Assembly (NCBI GenBank): GCA_040954595.2
Contig: CM082586.2
Coordinates: forward strand, 10,943,337-11,007,336
Reading direction: 5' to 3'
Length of the DNA stretch: 64,000 nt
Source of the DNA: Balanoglossus misakiensis
Lineage: Eukaryota; Animalia; Hemichordata
This document shows, piece by piece, positions 27,267-39,014 of this stretch (positions within the stretch are counted from its first letter, which is position 1; the number at the start of each line of letters is the position of its first letter). Under the pieces are notes generated by a model. It was given only the letters and a program-made list of their open reading frames with translations, did not search any database and was not told the DNA's origin. A program made the translations under genes and the position numbers.

Positions 27267-30200
27267 AAAAATGACAAATTATCGACTTTGCAAAATCTCA
27301 CAATTTCGTCGATTTTTGAAAAAAATCATGGGTGAAAATCATCAAAAAATGACAAATTTTCGACTTTGCAAAATCTCAACATTTCGTCGATTTTTGAAAA
27401 AAATCATGGGTGAAAGTCATCAAAAAATGACAAATTTTCGACTTTGCAAAATCTCAAAATTTCGTCGATTTTGAAAAAAATCATAGGTTCGTCGATTTTA
27501 AAAAAAAAACGGGTGAAAATCATCAAAAAATGACAAATTTTCGACTTTGCAAAATCTCACAATTTCGTCGATTTTTGAAAAAAATCATGGGAGAAAATCA
27601 TCAAAAAATGACAAATTTTAGACTTTGCAAAATCTCAACATTTCGTCGATTTTTGAAAAAAATCATGGGTGAAAATCATCAAAAAATGACAAATTTTCGA
27701 CTGTGCAAAATCTCAAAATTTCGTCGATTTTTGAAAAAAAATCATGGTTGAAAATCATCAAAAAATGACAAAATTTTCTACTTTGCAAAATCACACAATT
27801 TCGTTGATTTTGAAAAAAATCATAGGTTCGTCGATTTTTAAAAAAAAACATGGGTGAAAATCATCAAAAAATGACAAAATTTCGACTTTGCAAAATCTTA
27901 AAATTTTGTCGATTTTTTAAAAAAAATCATGGGTGAAAATCATCAAAAAATGACACATTTTCGACTTTGCAAAATCTTAAAATTTCGTCGATTTTTGAGA
28001 AAAATCATGGGTGAAAATCATCAAAAAATGACAAATTTTCGACTTTGCAAAATCTCAAAATTTCGTCGATTTTTGAAAAAAATCATGGGTGAAAATCATC
28101 AAAAAATGACAAATTTTCGACTTTGCAAAATCTCAAAATTTTGTCGATTTTTGAAAAAAATCAAAGGTGAAAATCATCAAAAAATGACAAATTTTCGACT
28201 TCGCAAAATCTCAAAATTTCGTCAATTTTTGAAAAAAACATGGGTGAAAATCATCAAAAAATGACAAAATTTCGACTTTGCAAAATCTTAAAATTTTGTC
28301 GATTTTTTAAAAAAAATCATGGGTGAAAATCATCAAAAAATGACACATTTTCGACTTTGCAAAATCTTAAAATTTCGTCGATTTTTGAGAAAAATCATGG
28401 GTGAAAATCATCAAAAAATGACAAATTTTCGACTTTGCAAAATCTCAAAATTTCGTCGATTTTTGAAAAAAATCATGGGTGAAAATCATCAAAAAATGAC
28501 AAATTTTCGACTTTGCAAAATCTCAAAATTTTGTCGATTTTTGAAAAAAATCAAAGGTGAAAATCATCAAAAAATGACAAATTTTCGACTTCGCAAAATC
28601 TCAAAATTTCGTCAATTTTTGAAAAAATCAGGGGTAAAAATCATCAAAAAATGACAAATTTTCGTCTTTGCTAAATCTCAAAATTTCGTCGGTTTTTGAA
28701 AAATAATATGGGTGAAAATCATCAAAAAATGACAAATTTTCGACTTTGCAAAATCTCAAAATTTCGTCCATTTTTGAAAAAAAATCATGGGTAAAAATCA
28801 TCAAAAAATGACAAATTTTCGTCTTTGCAAAATCTCAAAATTTCGTCCATTTAAAAAAAAAACATGGGGGAAAATCATCAAAAAATGACAAATTTTCGTC
28901 TTTGCAAAATCTCAAAATTTCGTCCATTTAAAAAAAAAACATGGGTGAAAATCATCAAAAAATGACAAATTTTCGACTTTGCAAAATCTCAAAATTTCGT
29001 CGATTTTTGAAAAAAAATCATGGGTGAAAATCATCAAAAAAAGACAAATTTTCGTCTTTGCAAAATCTCAAAATTTCGTCCATTTAAAAAAAAAACATGG
29101 GTGAAAATCATCAAAAAATGACAAATTTTCGACTTTGCAAAATCTCAAAATTTCGTCGATTTTTGAAAAAAAATCATGGGTGAAAATCATCAAAAAAAGA
29201 CAAATTTTCGTCTTTGCAAAATCTCAAAATTTCGTCCATTTTTGAATAAAAATCATGGGTAAAAATCATCAAAAATGACAAATTTTCGTCTTTGCAAAAT
29301 CTCAAATTTTCGTCGATTTTTGAAAAAAAATCATGGTTGAAAATCATCAAAAAATGACAAAATTTTCGACTTTGTAAAATCACAAAATTTCGTCGATTTT
29401 GAAAAAAATCATAGGTTCGTCGATTTTTTAAAAAAAAAACATGGGTGAAAATCATCAAAAAATGACAAATTTTCGACTTTGCAAAATCTCAAAATTTCGT
29501 CGATTTTTGAAAAAAAATCATGGGTGAAAATCATCAAAAAATGACACATTTTCGATTATGCAAAATCTCAAAATTTCGTCGATTTTTGAAAAAAAATCAT
29601 GGGTAAAAATCATCAAAAAATGACAAATTTTCGTCTTTGCAAAATCTTAAAATTTCGTCGATTTTTGAAACAAATCATGGGTGAAAATCATCAAAAAATG
29701 ACACATTTTCGACTTTGCAAAATCTAAAAATTTCGTCGATTTTTGAAAAATAATATGAGTGAAAATCATCAAAAAATGGCAAATTTTCGACTTTGCAAAA
29801 TCTCAAAATTTCGTCCATTTAAAAAAAAAAAACATGGGGGAAAATCATCAAAAAATGACAAATTTTCGACTTTGCAAAATCTCAAAATTTCGTCGATTTT
29901 TGAAAAAAAATCATGGGTGAAAATCATCAAAAAATGACAAATTTTCGTCTTTGCAAAATCTCAAAATTTCGTCCATTTAAAAAAAAAAACATGGGGCAAA
30001 ATCATCAAAAAATGACAAATTTTCGACTTTGCAAAATCTCAAAATTTCGTCGATTTTTGAAAAAAAATCATGGGTGAAAATCATCAAAAAATGACAAATT
30101 TTCGTCTTTGCAAAATCTCAAAATTTCGTCCATTTTTGAATAAAAATCATGGGTAAAAATCATCAAAAATGACAAATTTTCGTCTTTGCTATATCTCAAA

Positions 30201-31282
30201 ATTTCGTCGGTTTTTGAAAAATAATATGGGTGAAAATCATCAAAAAATGACAAATTTTCGACTTTGCAAAATCTTAAAATTTCGTCGATTTTTGAAAAAA
30301 ATCATGGGTGAAAATCATCAAAAAATGACAAATTTTCGACTTTGCAAAATCTCAAAATTTCGTCAATATTTGAAAAATTCATGGGTAAAAATCATCAAAA
30401 AATGACAAATTTTCGTCTTTGCTAAATCTCAAAATTTCGTCGGTTTTTGAAAAATAATATGGGTGAAAATCATCAAAAAATGACAAATTTTCGACTTTGC
30501 AAAATCTCAAAATTTCGTCCATTTTTGAAAAAAAATCATGGGTAAAAATCATCAAAAAATGACAAATTTTCGTCTTTGCAAAATCTCAAAATTTCGTCCA
30601 TTTTAAAAAAAAAACATGGGGGAAAATCATCAAAAAATGACAAATTTTCGACTTTGCAAAATCTCAAAATTTCGTCGATTTTTGAAAAAAAATCATGGGT
30701 GAAAATCATCAAAAAATGACAAATTTTCGTCTTTGCAAAATCTCAAAATTTCGTCCATTTTTGAATAAAAATCATGGGTAAAAATAATCAAAAATGACAA
30801 ATTTTCGTCTTTGCAAAATCTCAAATTTTCGTCGATTTTTGAAAAAAAATCATGGGAGAAAATCATCAAAAAATGACAAATTTTCGACTTTGCAAAATCT
30901 CAACATTTCGTCGATTTTTGAAAAAAATCATGGGTGAAAATCATCAAAAAATTACAAATTTTCGACTTTGCAAAATCTCAACATTTCGTCGATTTTTGAA
31001 AAAAATCATGGGTGAAAATCATCAAAAAATGACAAATTTTCGACTTTGCAAAGTCTCAACATTTCGTCGATTTTTGAAAAAATCATGGGTGAAAATCATC
31101 AAAAAATGACAAAATTTTCGACTTTGCAAAATCTCAAAATTTCGTCGATTTTGAAAAAAATCATAGGTTCGTCGATTTTTTAAAAAAAAACATGGGTGAA
31201 AATCATCAAAAAATGACAAATTTTTGACTTTGCAAAATCTCACAATTTCGTCGATTTTCGTCCATTTAAAAAAAAAATCATG
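27267..31282 (+). repeat. 78-bp satellite, block 3
   Basis: Same monomer and orientation; ends ...aaaatcatg at the retrotransposon junction. Confidence 0.97.
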
Positions 31283-31446
31283 TAGGTAACATTGCGATCA
31301 ACGGCATAATGTTACCCAATTAAGCAACTCGAAAAGGGGCGCCCTCAACCTCAAACGAGCCTCAAAAATCCCATAATCCATCACTCACGGCCACTTCAAG
31401 GGTTCGGAGCGTGTCCTGCAGTGCTCGCTCTCTCTGCCTCAATTTC
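31283..31446 (+). repeat. Split direct repeat A (also 36194-36357, 41851-42014, 47508-47671)
   Basis: taggtaacattgcgatc...ctgcctcaatttc occurs four times; it begins with the inverted repeat ggtaacatt/aatgttacc. Confidence 0.93.
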
Positions 31447-31463
31447 AATTTCTCACCGTTATT

Positions 31464-34400
31464 ATGGAGAACGCTGAACAACAGCTGCTGGATTTGGGAA
31501 TAGAGCCCAGTCCAGTCGCCAAAAAGGGACCTGCAACTCGCAGTAAGACTACGACAAGAGCATCGACCGGTCGAAAAGTTCGCGTGGTCCCCCCCACCAA
31601 ACTTTCCAAAGTACCAATGGCGTCAGCTCGTTCGAAAGGCGGGAAATGTAGCAAACCTGTCAAGGAAGAAGACACTTCATCTGACGGGGAAGATGTGAGG
31701 TCAGAGAAAGAGAAGTTGCAGGCGGAGATAGCGAGACTGCAGGAGCAATCTGAAGTAGACAATTTAAGAAAACAACTAAAAGAAATGAAACTGGAGAAGG
31801 AACGACGCAGCCCGCCAGCCGCTTCGAGCGGAAGTCCCAGAAGTCACGACCTGAGTCAACTCACGCTATACCCGATCTCAAGAGGATGGCGAAAGAAGAC
31901 TCACAATTGCAGTGGTCGTTACCATCAGGCAGTCCGTGGCTACCAGCGACAGGGGCCGCTGGCGGCGGTGAAGACCTCCAACCGAACCAACTCCTGGCAC
32001 AGTCCGGTTTATACACAGCAGCGCAGAGCAAAGCAGGTAACGTACCAATGAAATCGATGCGGTTCAACACCAGAACCGATCGTGTGCGACAGCACGTCCT
32101 ATGGCCGCACATGTTCGTCAGGGCTCGGACATTCTCGGGCGCCCCACCAAAATTCGATGATATGTCAATGGCGGAATTTGTGGAAGGTAATCTCGCGATA
32201 GTGCAACTTCCTACTTTGAGTGACACAGAGAAACAGCAGCGATTACAACACTTACAGTCGCTTATGAAAGACGCCAATTTGTTCCCCTGGGACGCCATCT
32301 TGAAGTTCGAGGGCGCGCTCCTCTCTGACATGGAGTCAGGACTCAGAACATGGGCAAATGACACCGCAGATCTGAGAGAGCTATATTTGCTGCCGCGTAT
32401 CGGCAAGATCAGACGGGATAAAACAGCGGACAAATCCAAAAAGAAGGATCAGATTAATGTATGTTTCAAATACCAAAGTAACAAGTGCGAGAAGGAGGAT
32501 TGCGCATTCAAACACATATGTGAAGCCTGCATGAAGTTGCGTAACAACCTGGCCAAGCATCCCAAGATTGCCTGCCCCTGGAAGGATAAGGCCTTTAGAG
32601 AGCAAGAGAGCAACAAGTTGACCGATAGTTCTGGCAAAGCAGAGGTAGATAAGTCTAAACAAGACTCTCATGACTGTGACAGCAATTTAATTCCTAAATT
32701 GAACCATAGAGTCAAAAGTGCAGGCACGGAGTGTAATATCAATGACTTTTATACATTGATGGGCATCACAGATCAGGCAGTGCACAAGTGTGATCGCTCT
32801 GTACAAACTGACATGGAGATTGATATTTCAAGAAGCCTGTCAATGTGCAACCCGGAGGTTTTGCGGGATGCTATTGTTAACCCTAGTAGTATTTCTGAAC
32901 CAGTGCTTTCGATTGACGAGCCAGTAACATGTACCATTGCCAATGTTGCCTCTGAACACACAGGTTGTTTTGATACCTCTGTTAGCAGGGATAATGTTGA
33001 CAAATACCTTTGTAAAACTCATACAGTTGATTTGATAGAACCTGATATTGAGACTGATCTTGACAAGCAAATCCCTATTGAATCACTAGCCCATACCGTC
33101 GGTGATACCACTGAATTTGCATGTGAGATTAGCGCTCATGGTTCCTCTGACGGTATGATCAGTGATGACCACGATGTCTTTGTTAGTGATATGTTTACTG
33201 TGGAAAATGTTCCAAATATGGGGCCTCCCAACCCCACCCTTGTTGATCACAGTGTTCCAGACACTTATCCACTGGGCAATGATATGCAGTATTCTGAGTT
33301 ATCAGATACTCCCGTGGGCGGGGATGTCTGTCCCCCGTCGTCATGGCCACAAGCGTCACCCCTTGATTTAACAGAAGTTATAACCGTTCATGACATAGTT
33401 GTTGAATCAGGTTTACCAAATTCTCAATTTTGCAGAATACCCGTTTCATCAAATCTTCAAATCCCAATTTGGCGAGCCGAATTGCAGCAATATGATGACA
33501 AAATCATCTGCGATTACCTACAATATGGTTGGCCCGTCTACTATACAGCCTCAGAATTGCCATACTCTACAGTGAAAAACCACCCATCAGCTATAAATTA
33601 CTCGGCGCATGTCGACAACTGGATCATTAACGAAGTCGCAGCCGGGGCTACAGCGGGTCCGTTCTTAACTAACCCCCTTGCCACACCACTCAGTACTTCC
33701 CCAATTCAGACTGTCGAAAAAAAAGATAGTGTTAATCGGCGTATAGTCTTTGATCTTAGTTCCCCAATCCACCATTCAGTAAATGACGGTATCCCCAAAG
33801 GGGAATATCTTGGGGAGAGTTTTCAGCTTCAATATCCTTCCATTGATGATTTCACTGCAATGATGACCCGTAAGGGCAGGGGATGCCTCCTATTTAAGCG
33901 CGATTTAAGCAGAGCTTATCGGCAAATACCAGTCGATCCAGCGGACTACCATTTGCTGGGCTACACGTGGCGTAATTTATTGTTCTTTGACCTTACATTG
34001 CCATTTGGCTTGCGAACCGCAGCGCTAGCCTGCCAGCGCACCACTAATGCGGTTTCTATTCCACGAAAGGGTATGACTGTGTTAATTACCTTGACGACTT
34101 CGGTGGTGCAGAGACCTCCAACAAAGCCCACAAGGCATTTGCGGAGCTAGGTGACACGCTGGATAGACTGGGTTTGCAAGAAGCCAAACACAAAGCGGTG
34201 CCCCCGTCATCAATCATGACTTTTCTTGGAATCCAGTTGAACTCCCTTACAATGACTATGGAAGTTACTCCTGACCGGCTTAATGAAATAGAGCAAGAGC
34301 TGGGTGTATGGGTCACTAAAACAAAAGCAACTAAGCGCGAGCTGCAATCACTCATAGGCAAGCTTTCCTTTATTGCCAAATGTGTCAAGCCTGGTAGGCT

Positions 34401-35025
34401 ATTCCTGGCGAGAATGCTAGATGTGTTGCGTACCGTCACCCGCAATCACTACCATCTAAACAGTGATTTCAAGGCAGATCTACGGTGGTGGATTAATTTC
34501 ATTAGGGTTTATAATGGGGTGTCTCTCATTAAAGAGTCAGGTTGGTGCCCGCCAGATGAAATATTTTCTTCGGATGCATGCCCAACAGGGGGAGGGGGGC
34601 TTTGCGACAACGAGTATTTCCACGTGGAGTTCCCTGACTTTGTAAAGGTTGGGGACCCTCACATTAATCCCCTCGAATTACTCACTATTACTATAGCGGC
34701 AAAAATTTGGGGTGATAGATGGTCTGGAAAGAAAATACAGGTCTCTTGCGACAACCAGGCAACAGTTTGGGTCATTAATACCGGTAGAGCTAGGGATAAA
34801 CTAATGCTGTCTTGCTTGAGGGAATTATGGCTGGTAGCAGCGATTCACGAGTTTGAGCTACGTGCTGTGCACATCGCAGGCACCGAGAACCGGCTGGCTG
34901 ATGCGCTCAGTCGCTGGCATCTTGACCCAAGTTATGAGCAACTCTTCAAATCATCTGTTAATATTTCTCAAATGACCGAGCACCCAGTCGCCGAGGATGA
35001 CATTCGCTTTCTCAATGAGTGGTGA
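31464..35025 (+). pseudogene. gag-RT-RNase H polyprotein gene of unit 1, disrupted by frameshifts
   Basis: ORF pieces 31464-32051, 31886-34150 and 34174-35025. A +2 (ta) insertion near 31869, a 7-bp deletion near 34057 that puts YLDD out of frame, and a 6-bp deletion near 34455. Confidence 0.88.
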
Positions 35026-36043
35026 CTGATTTTATTTTTATTTCAGATCACTGCCAAACTATCCAAGCCTTAGACGCTCAAATCGCTATCTCAATGAGGT
35101 CAGCATTAGCGGAAGGAACTCGTCGGAATTTGTCGTCACAGTTGAAGAGTTACTTCCTGTTTTGTCAGTTTTTCAATTTTACTCCTGTTCCAGCATCTGT
35201 TCTTACAGTGTGTAGATTTATCCAGTTTCTTGCAAGATCAGTAACTGCTACTGGCACCATTCAGAATTATTTGTACGCAATTCGTACCTTGCATAGAATC
35301 CATGGCTTCACGCCATTGGCCGCTGATCAGTATGTTGTCAAATTACTTTTGAAATGTCTTTCCCGTAGCACTTTCCAGCCAGTGAGGCAGAAATTACCCA
35401 TCACCCCCCAGTTGTTGCTACAGTTTTTCGGGCTTCTAGATGTGGCTGTTCCATTCGATGTTACTTTGTGGGCATGCCTTTTGATAGGGTTTTTCTCCTT
35501 TTTTCGCAAGTCAAATCTTGTTCCGAAGTCTGCAACCGACTTTGATCCGGCTAAACACCTCTGTAGGGGTAAAGTCATTTCCTCAGATTCTGGCCTTATA
35601 ATCGGCGTGACTTGGTCAAAAACCATTCAGTTTCGCGAACGCTGTTTGACTATTCCACTTGCCCGCATTCCAGGTTCGGTGTTGTGCCCTTTACAGGCAT
35701 ACAATCACATGTGTGAGATCATCCCAGCCCCACCCTCTAGCCCAGGATTCATTTTCCCAAATGTGGCAAATTGGTCCCCTTGACCCATTCAGGGCTGGTG
35801 AAAAGTATCAAATGTTTAGTTCAGAGGGCAGGCTTTCCTGCTGACATGTACTCGGGTCACAGCCTCCGTCGTGGGGGTGCAACCTTTGCATTCGAAAGTG
35901 GGGTCCCTGGGGAGCTTATCAAACTCCAAGGGGATTGGCAATCCAGCGCGTATCTCCGTTATCTTAACATTCCATTTCAGACTCGTTATCTGGTGTCCTT
36001 TCAAATGGGTCAGCATATTAAAGACATCTCCGCGTCACACTGA
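35019..36043 (+). pseudogene. Tyrosine recombinase of unit 1, frameshifted
   Basis: A -1 frameshift near 35750 (cccaggattcattttccc vs cccagcatttgtttttccc) separates R/K from the HSLR...GDW...Y motifs. Confidence 0.88.
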
Positions 36044-36087
36044 TTTTACTGTGGCACTAGCAGAGAGGCGGACCGGGTTTGGCAGTG

Positions 36088-36193
36088 GTTGGGCCTGCAA
36101 GAGCCCCCAGTTCACGTAAATAAATAATGGCTCTTGCCTTCAGCTGCCAAACCTGTGTCCTTGGTTTGTGTGTTAGAGAGATCTCAAGTAATT
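36088..36193 (+). repeat. Split direct repeat B (also 41745-41850, 47402-47507, 47820-47925)
   Basis: gttgggcctgcaagag...agatctcaagtaatt occurs four times; contains aataaa, a possible poly(A) signal. Confidence 0.92.
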
Positions 36194-36374
36194 TAGGTAA
36201 CATTGCGATCAACGGCATAATGTTACCCAATTAAGCAACTCGAAAAGGGGCGCCCTCAACCTCAAACGAGCCTCAAAAATCCCATAATCCATCACTCACG
36301 GCCACTTCAAGGGTTCGGAGCGTGTCCTGCAGTGCACGCTCTCTCTGCCTCAATTTCAATTTCTCACCATTATT

Positions 36375-38291
36375 ATGGAGAACGCTGAACAACAGCTGCT
36401 GGATTTGGGAATAGAGCCCAGTCCAGTCGCCAAAAAGGGACCTGCAACTCGCAGTAAGACTACGACAAGAGCATCGACCGGTCGAAAAGTTCGCGTGGTC
36501 CCCCCCACCAAACTTTCCAAAGTACCAATGGCGTCAGCTCGTTCGAAAGGCGGGAAATGTAGCAAACCTGTCAAGGAAGAAGACACTTCATCTGACGGGG
36601 AAGATGTGAGGTCAGAGAAAGAGAAGTTGCAGGCGGAGATAGCGAGACTGCAGGAGCAATCTGAAGTAGACAATTTAAGAAAACAACTAAAAGAAATGAA
36701 ACTGGAGAAGGAACGACGCAGCCCGCCAGCCGCTTCGAGCGGAAGTCCCAGAAGTCACGACCTGAGTCAACTCACGCTACCCGATCTCAAGAGGATGGCG
36801 AAAGAAGACTCACAATTGCAGTGGTCGTTACCATCAGGCAGTCCGTGGCTACCAGCGACAGGGGCCGCTGGCGGCGGTGAAGACCTCCAACCGAACCAAC
36901 TCCTGGCACAGTCCGGTTTATACACAGCAGCGCAGAGCAAAGCAGGTAACGTACCAATGAAATCGATGCGCTTCAACACCAGAACCGATCGTGTGCGACA
37001 GCACGTCCTATGGCCGCACATGTTCGTCAGGGCTCGGACATTCTCGGGCGCCCCACCAAAATTCGATGATATGTCAATGGCGGAATTTGTGGAAGGTAAT
37101 CTCGCGATAGTGCAACTTCCTACTTTGAGTGACACAGAGAAACAGCAGCGATTACAACACTTACAGTCGCTTATGAAAGACGCCAATTTGTTTCCCTGGG
37201 ACGCCATCTTGAAGTTCGAGGGCGCGCTCCTCTCTGACATGGAGTCAGGACTCAGAACATGGGCAAATGACACCGCAGATCTGAGAGAGCTATATTTGCT
37301 GCCGCGTATCGGCGAGATCAGACGGGATAAAACAGCGGACAAATCCAAAAAGAAGGATCAGATTAATGTATGTTTCAAATACCAAAGTAACAAGTGCGAG
37401 AAGGAGGATTGCGCATTCAAACACATATGTGAAGCCTGCATGAAGTTGCGTAACAACCTGGCCAAGCATCCCAAGATTGCCAGCCCCTGGAAGGATAAGG
37501 CCTTTAGAGAGCAAGAGAGCAACAAGTTGACCGATAGTTCTGGCAAAGCAGAGGTAGATAAGTCTAAACAAGACTCTCATGACTGTGACAGCAATTTAAT
37601 TCCTAAATTGAACCATAGAGTCAAAAGTGCAGGCACGGAGTGTAATATCAATGACTTTTATACATTGATGGGCATCACAGATCAGGCAGTGCACAAGTGT
37701 GATCGCTCTGTACAAACTGACATGGAGATTGATATTTCAAGAAGCCTGTCAATGTGCAACCCGGAGGTTTTGCGGGATGCTATTGTTAACCCTAGTAGTA
37801 TTTCTGAACCAGTGCTTTCGATTGACGAGCCAGTAACATGTACCATTGCCAATGTTGCCTCTGAATATACAGGTTGTTTTGATACCTCTGTTAGCAGGGA
37901 TAATGTTGACAAATACCTTTGTAAAACTCATACAGTTGATTTGATAGAACCTGATATTGAGACTGATCTTGACAAGCAAATCCCTATTGAATCACTAGCC
38001 CATACCGTCGGTGATACCACTGAATTTGCATGTGAGATTAGCGCTCATGGTTCATCTGACGGTATGATCAGTGATGACCACGATGTCTTTGTTAGTGATA
38101 TGTTTACTGTGGAAAATGTTCCAAATATGGGGCCTCCCAACCCCACCCTTGTTGATCACAGTGTTCCAGACACTTATCCACTGGGCAATGATATGCAGTA
38201 TTCTGAGTTATCAGATACTCCCGTGGGCGGGGATGTCTGTCCCCCGTCGTCATGGCCACAAGGGTCACCCCTTGATTTAAAGCAGAGGTAG
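36375..38291 (+). CDS. Gag-like protein of unit 2 (ends at the duplication-induced frameshift)
   Basis: ATG start, coiled-coil segment, Cys/His cluster CFKYQSNKCEKEDCAFKHICEAC...H typical of DIRS/Ngaro gag, then an acidic linker. Confidence 0.8.
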   Translation: MENAEQQLLDLGIEPSPVAKKGPATRSKTTTRASTGRKVRVVPPTKLSKVPMASARSKGGKCSKPVKEEDTSSDGEDVRSEKEKLQAEIARLQEQSEVDNLRKQLKEMKLEKERRSPPAASSGSPRSHDLSQLTLPDLKRMAKEDSQLQWSLPSGSPWLPATGAAGGGEDLQPNQLLAQSGLYTAAQSKAGNVPMKSMRFNTRTDRVRQHVLWPHMFVRARTFSGAPPKFDDMSMAEFVEGNLAIVQLPTLSDTEKQQRLQHLQSLMKDANLFPWDAILKFEGALLSDMESGLRTWANDTADLRELYLLPRIGEIRRDKTADKSKKKDQINVCFKYQSNKCEKEDCAFKHICEACMKLRNNLAKHPKIASPWKDKAFREQESNKLTDSSGKAEVDKSKQDSHDCDSNLIPKLNHRVKSAGTECNINDFYTLMGITDQAVHKCDRSVQTDMEIDISRSLSMCNPEVLRDAIVNPSSISEPVLSIDEPVTCTIANVASEYTGCFDTSVSRDNVDKYLCKTHTVDLIEPDIETDLDKQIPIESLAHTVGDTTEFACEISAHGSSDGMISDDHDVFVSDMFTVENVPNMGPPNPTLVDHSVPDTYPLGNDMQYSELSDTPVGGDVCPPSSWPQGSPLDLKQR

Positions 38292-39014
38292 ATAAGTCTA
38301 AGCAAGACTCTCATGACTGTGACAGCAATTTAATTCCTAAATTGAACCATAGAGTCAAAAGTGCAGGTACGGAGTGTAATATCAATGACTTTTATACATT
38401 GATGGGCATCACAGATCAGGCAGTGCACAAGTGTGATCGCTCTGTACAAACTGACATGGAGATTGATATTTCAAGAAGCCTGTCAATGTGCAACCCGGAG
38501 GTTTTGCGGGATGCTATTGTTAACCCTAGTAGTATTTCTGAACCAGTGCTTTCGATTGACGAGCCAGTAACATGTACCATTGCCAATGTTGCCTCTGAAC
38601 ACACAGGTTGTTTTGATACCTCTGTTAGCAGGGATAATGTTGACAAATACCTTTGTAAAACTCATACAGTTGATTTGATAGAACCTGATATTGAGACTGA
38701 TCTTGACAAGCAAATCCCTATTGAATCACTAGCCCATACCGTCGGTGATACCACTGAATTTGCATGTGAGATTAGCGCTCATGGTTCATCTGACGGTATG
38801 ATCAGTGATGACCACGATGTCTTTGTTAGTGACATGTTTACTGTGGAAAATGTTCCAAATATGGGGCCTCCCAACCCCACCCTTGTTGATCACAGTGTTC
38901 CAGACACTTATCCACTGGGCAATGATATGCAGTATTCTGAGTTATCAGATACTCCCGTGGGCGGGGATGTCTGTCCCCCGTCGTCATGGCCACAAGCGTC
39001 ACCCCCTGATTTAA
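37547..39014 (+). repeat. 734-bp tandem duplication in the gag-RT linker (37547-38280 / 38281-39014)
   Basis: agcagaggtagataagtct... starts at 37547 and again at 38281; the same duplication is at 43204-44671. Confidence 0.93.

Larger units (their letters stand above)
31283..36193 (+). mobile_element. YR retrotransposon unit 1 (4911 bp, frameshifted)
   Basis: Runs from repeat A to repeat B. Lacks the 734-bp internal duplication. Indels of +2, -7, -6 and -1 relative to units 2/3 account for the length difference (734+7+6+1-2=746). Confidence 0.92.

Noticed and set aside
1-31282. CRISPR-like array
   Set aside because: Units are contiguous tandem monomers with no unique spacers, and there are no cas genes.
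31860-31875. TA duplication in unit 1 as a Tc1/mariner excision footprint
   Set aside because: A 2-bp slippage explains it equally well; no supporting evidence.
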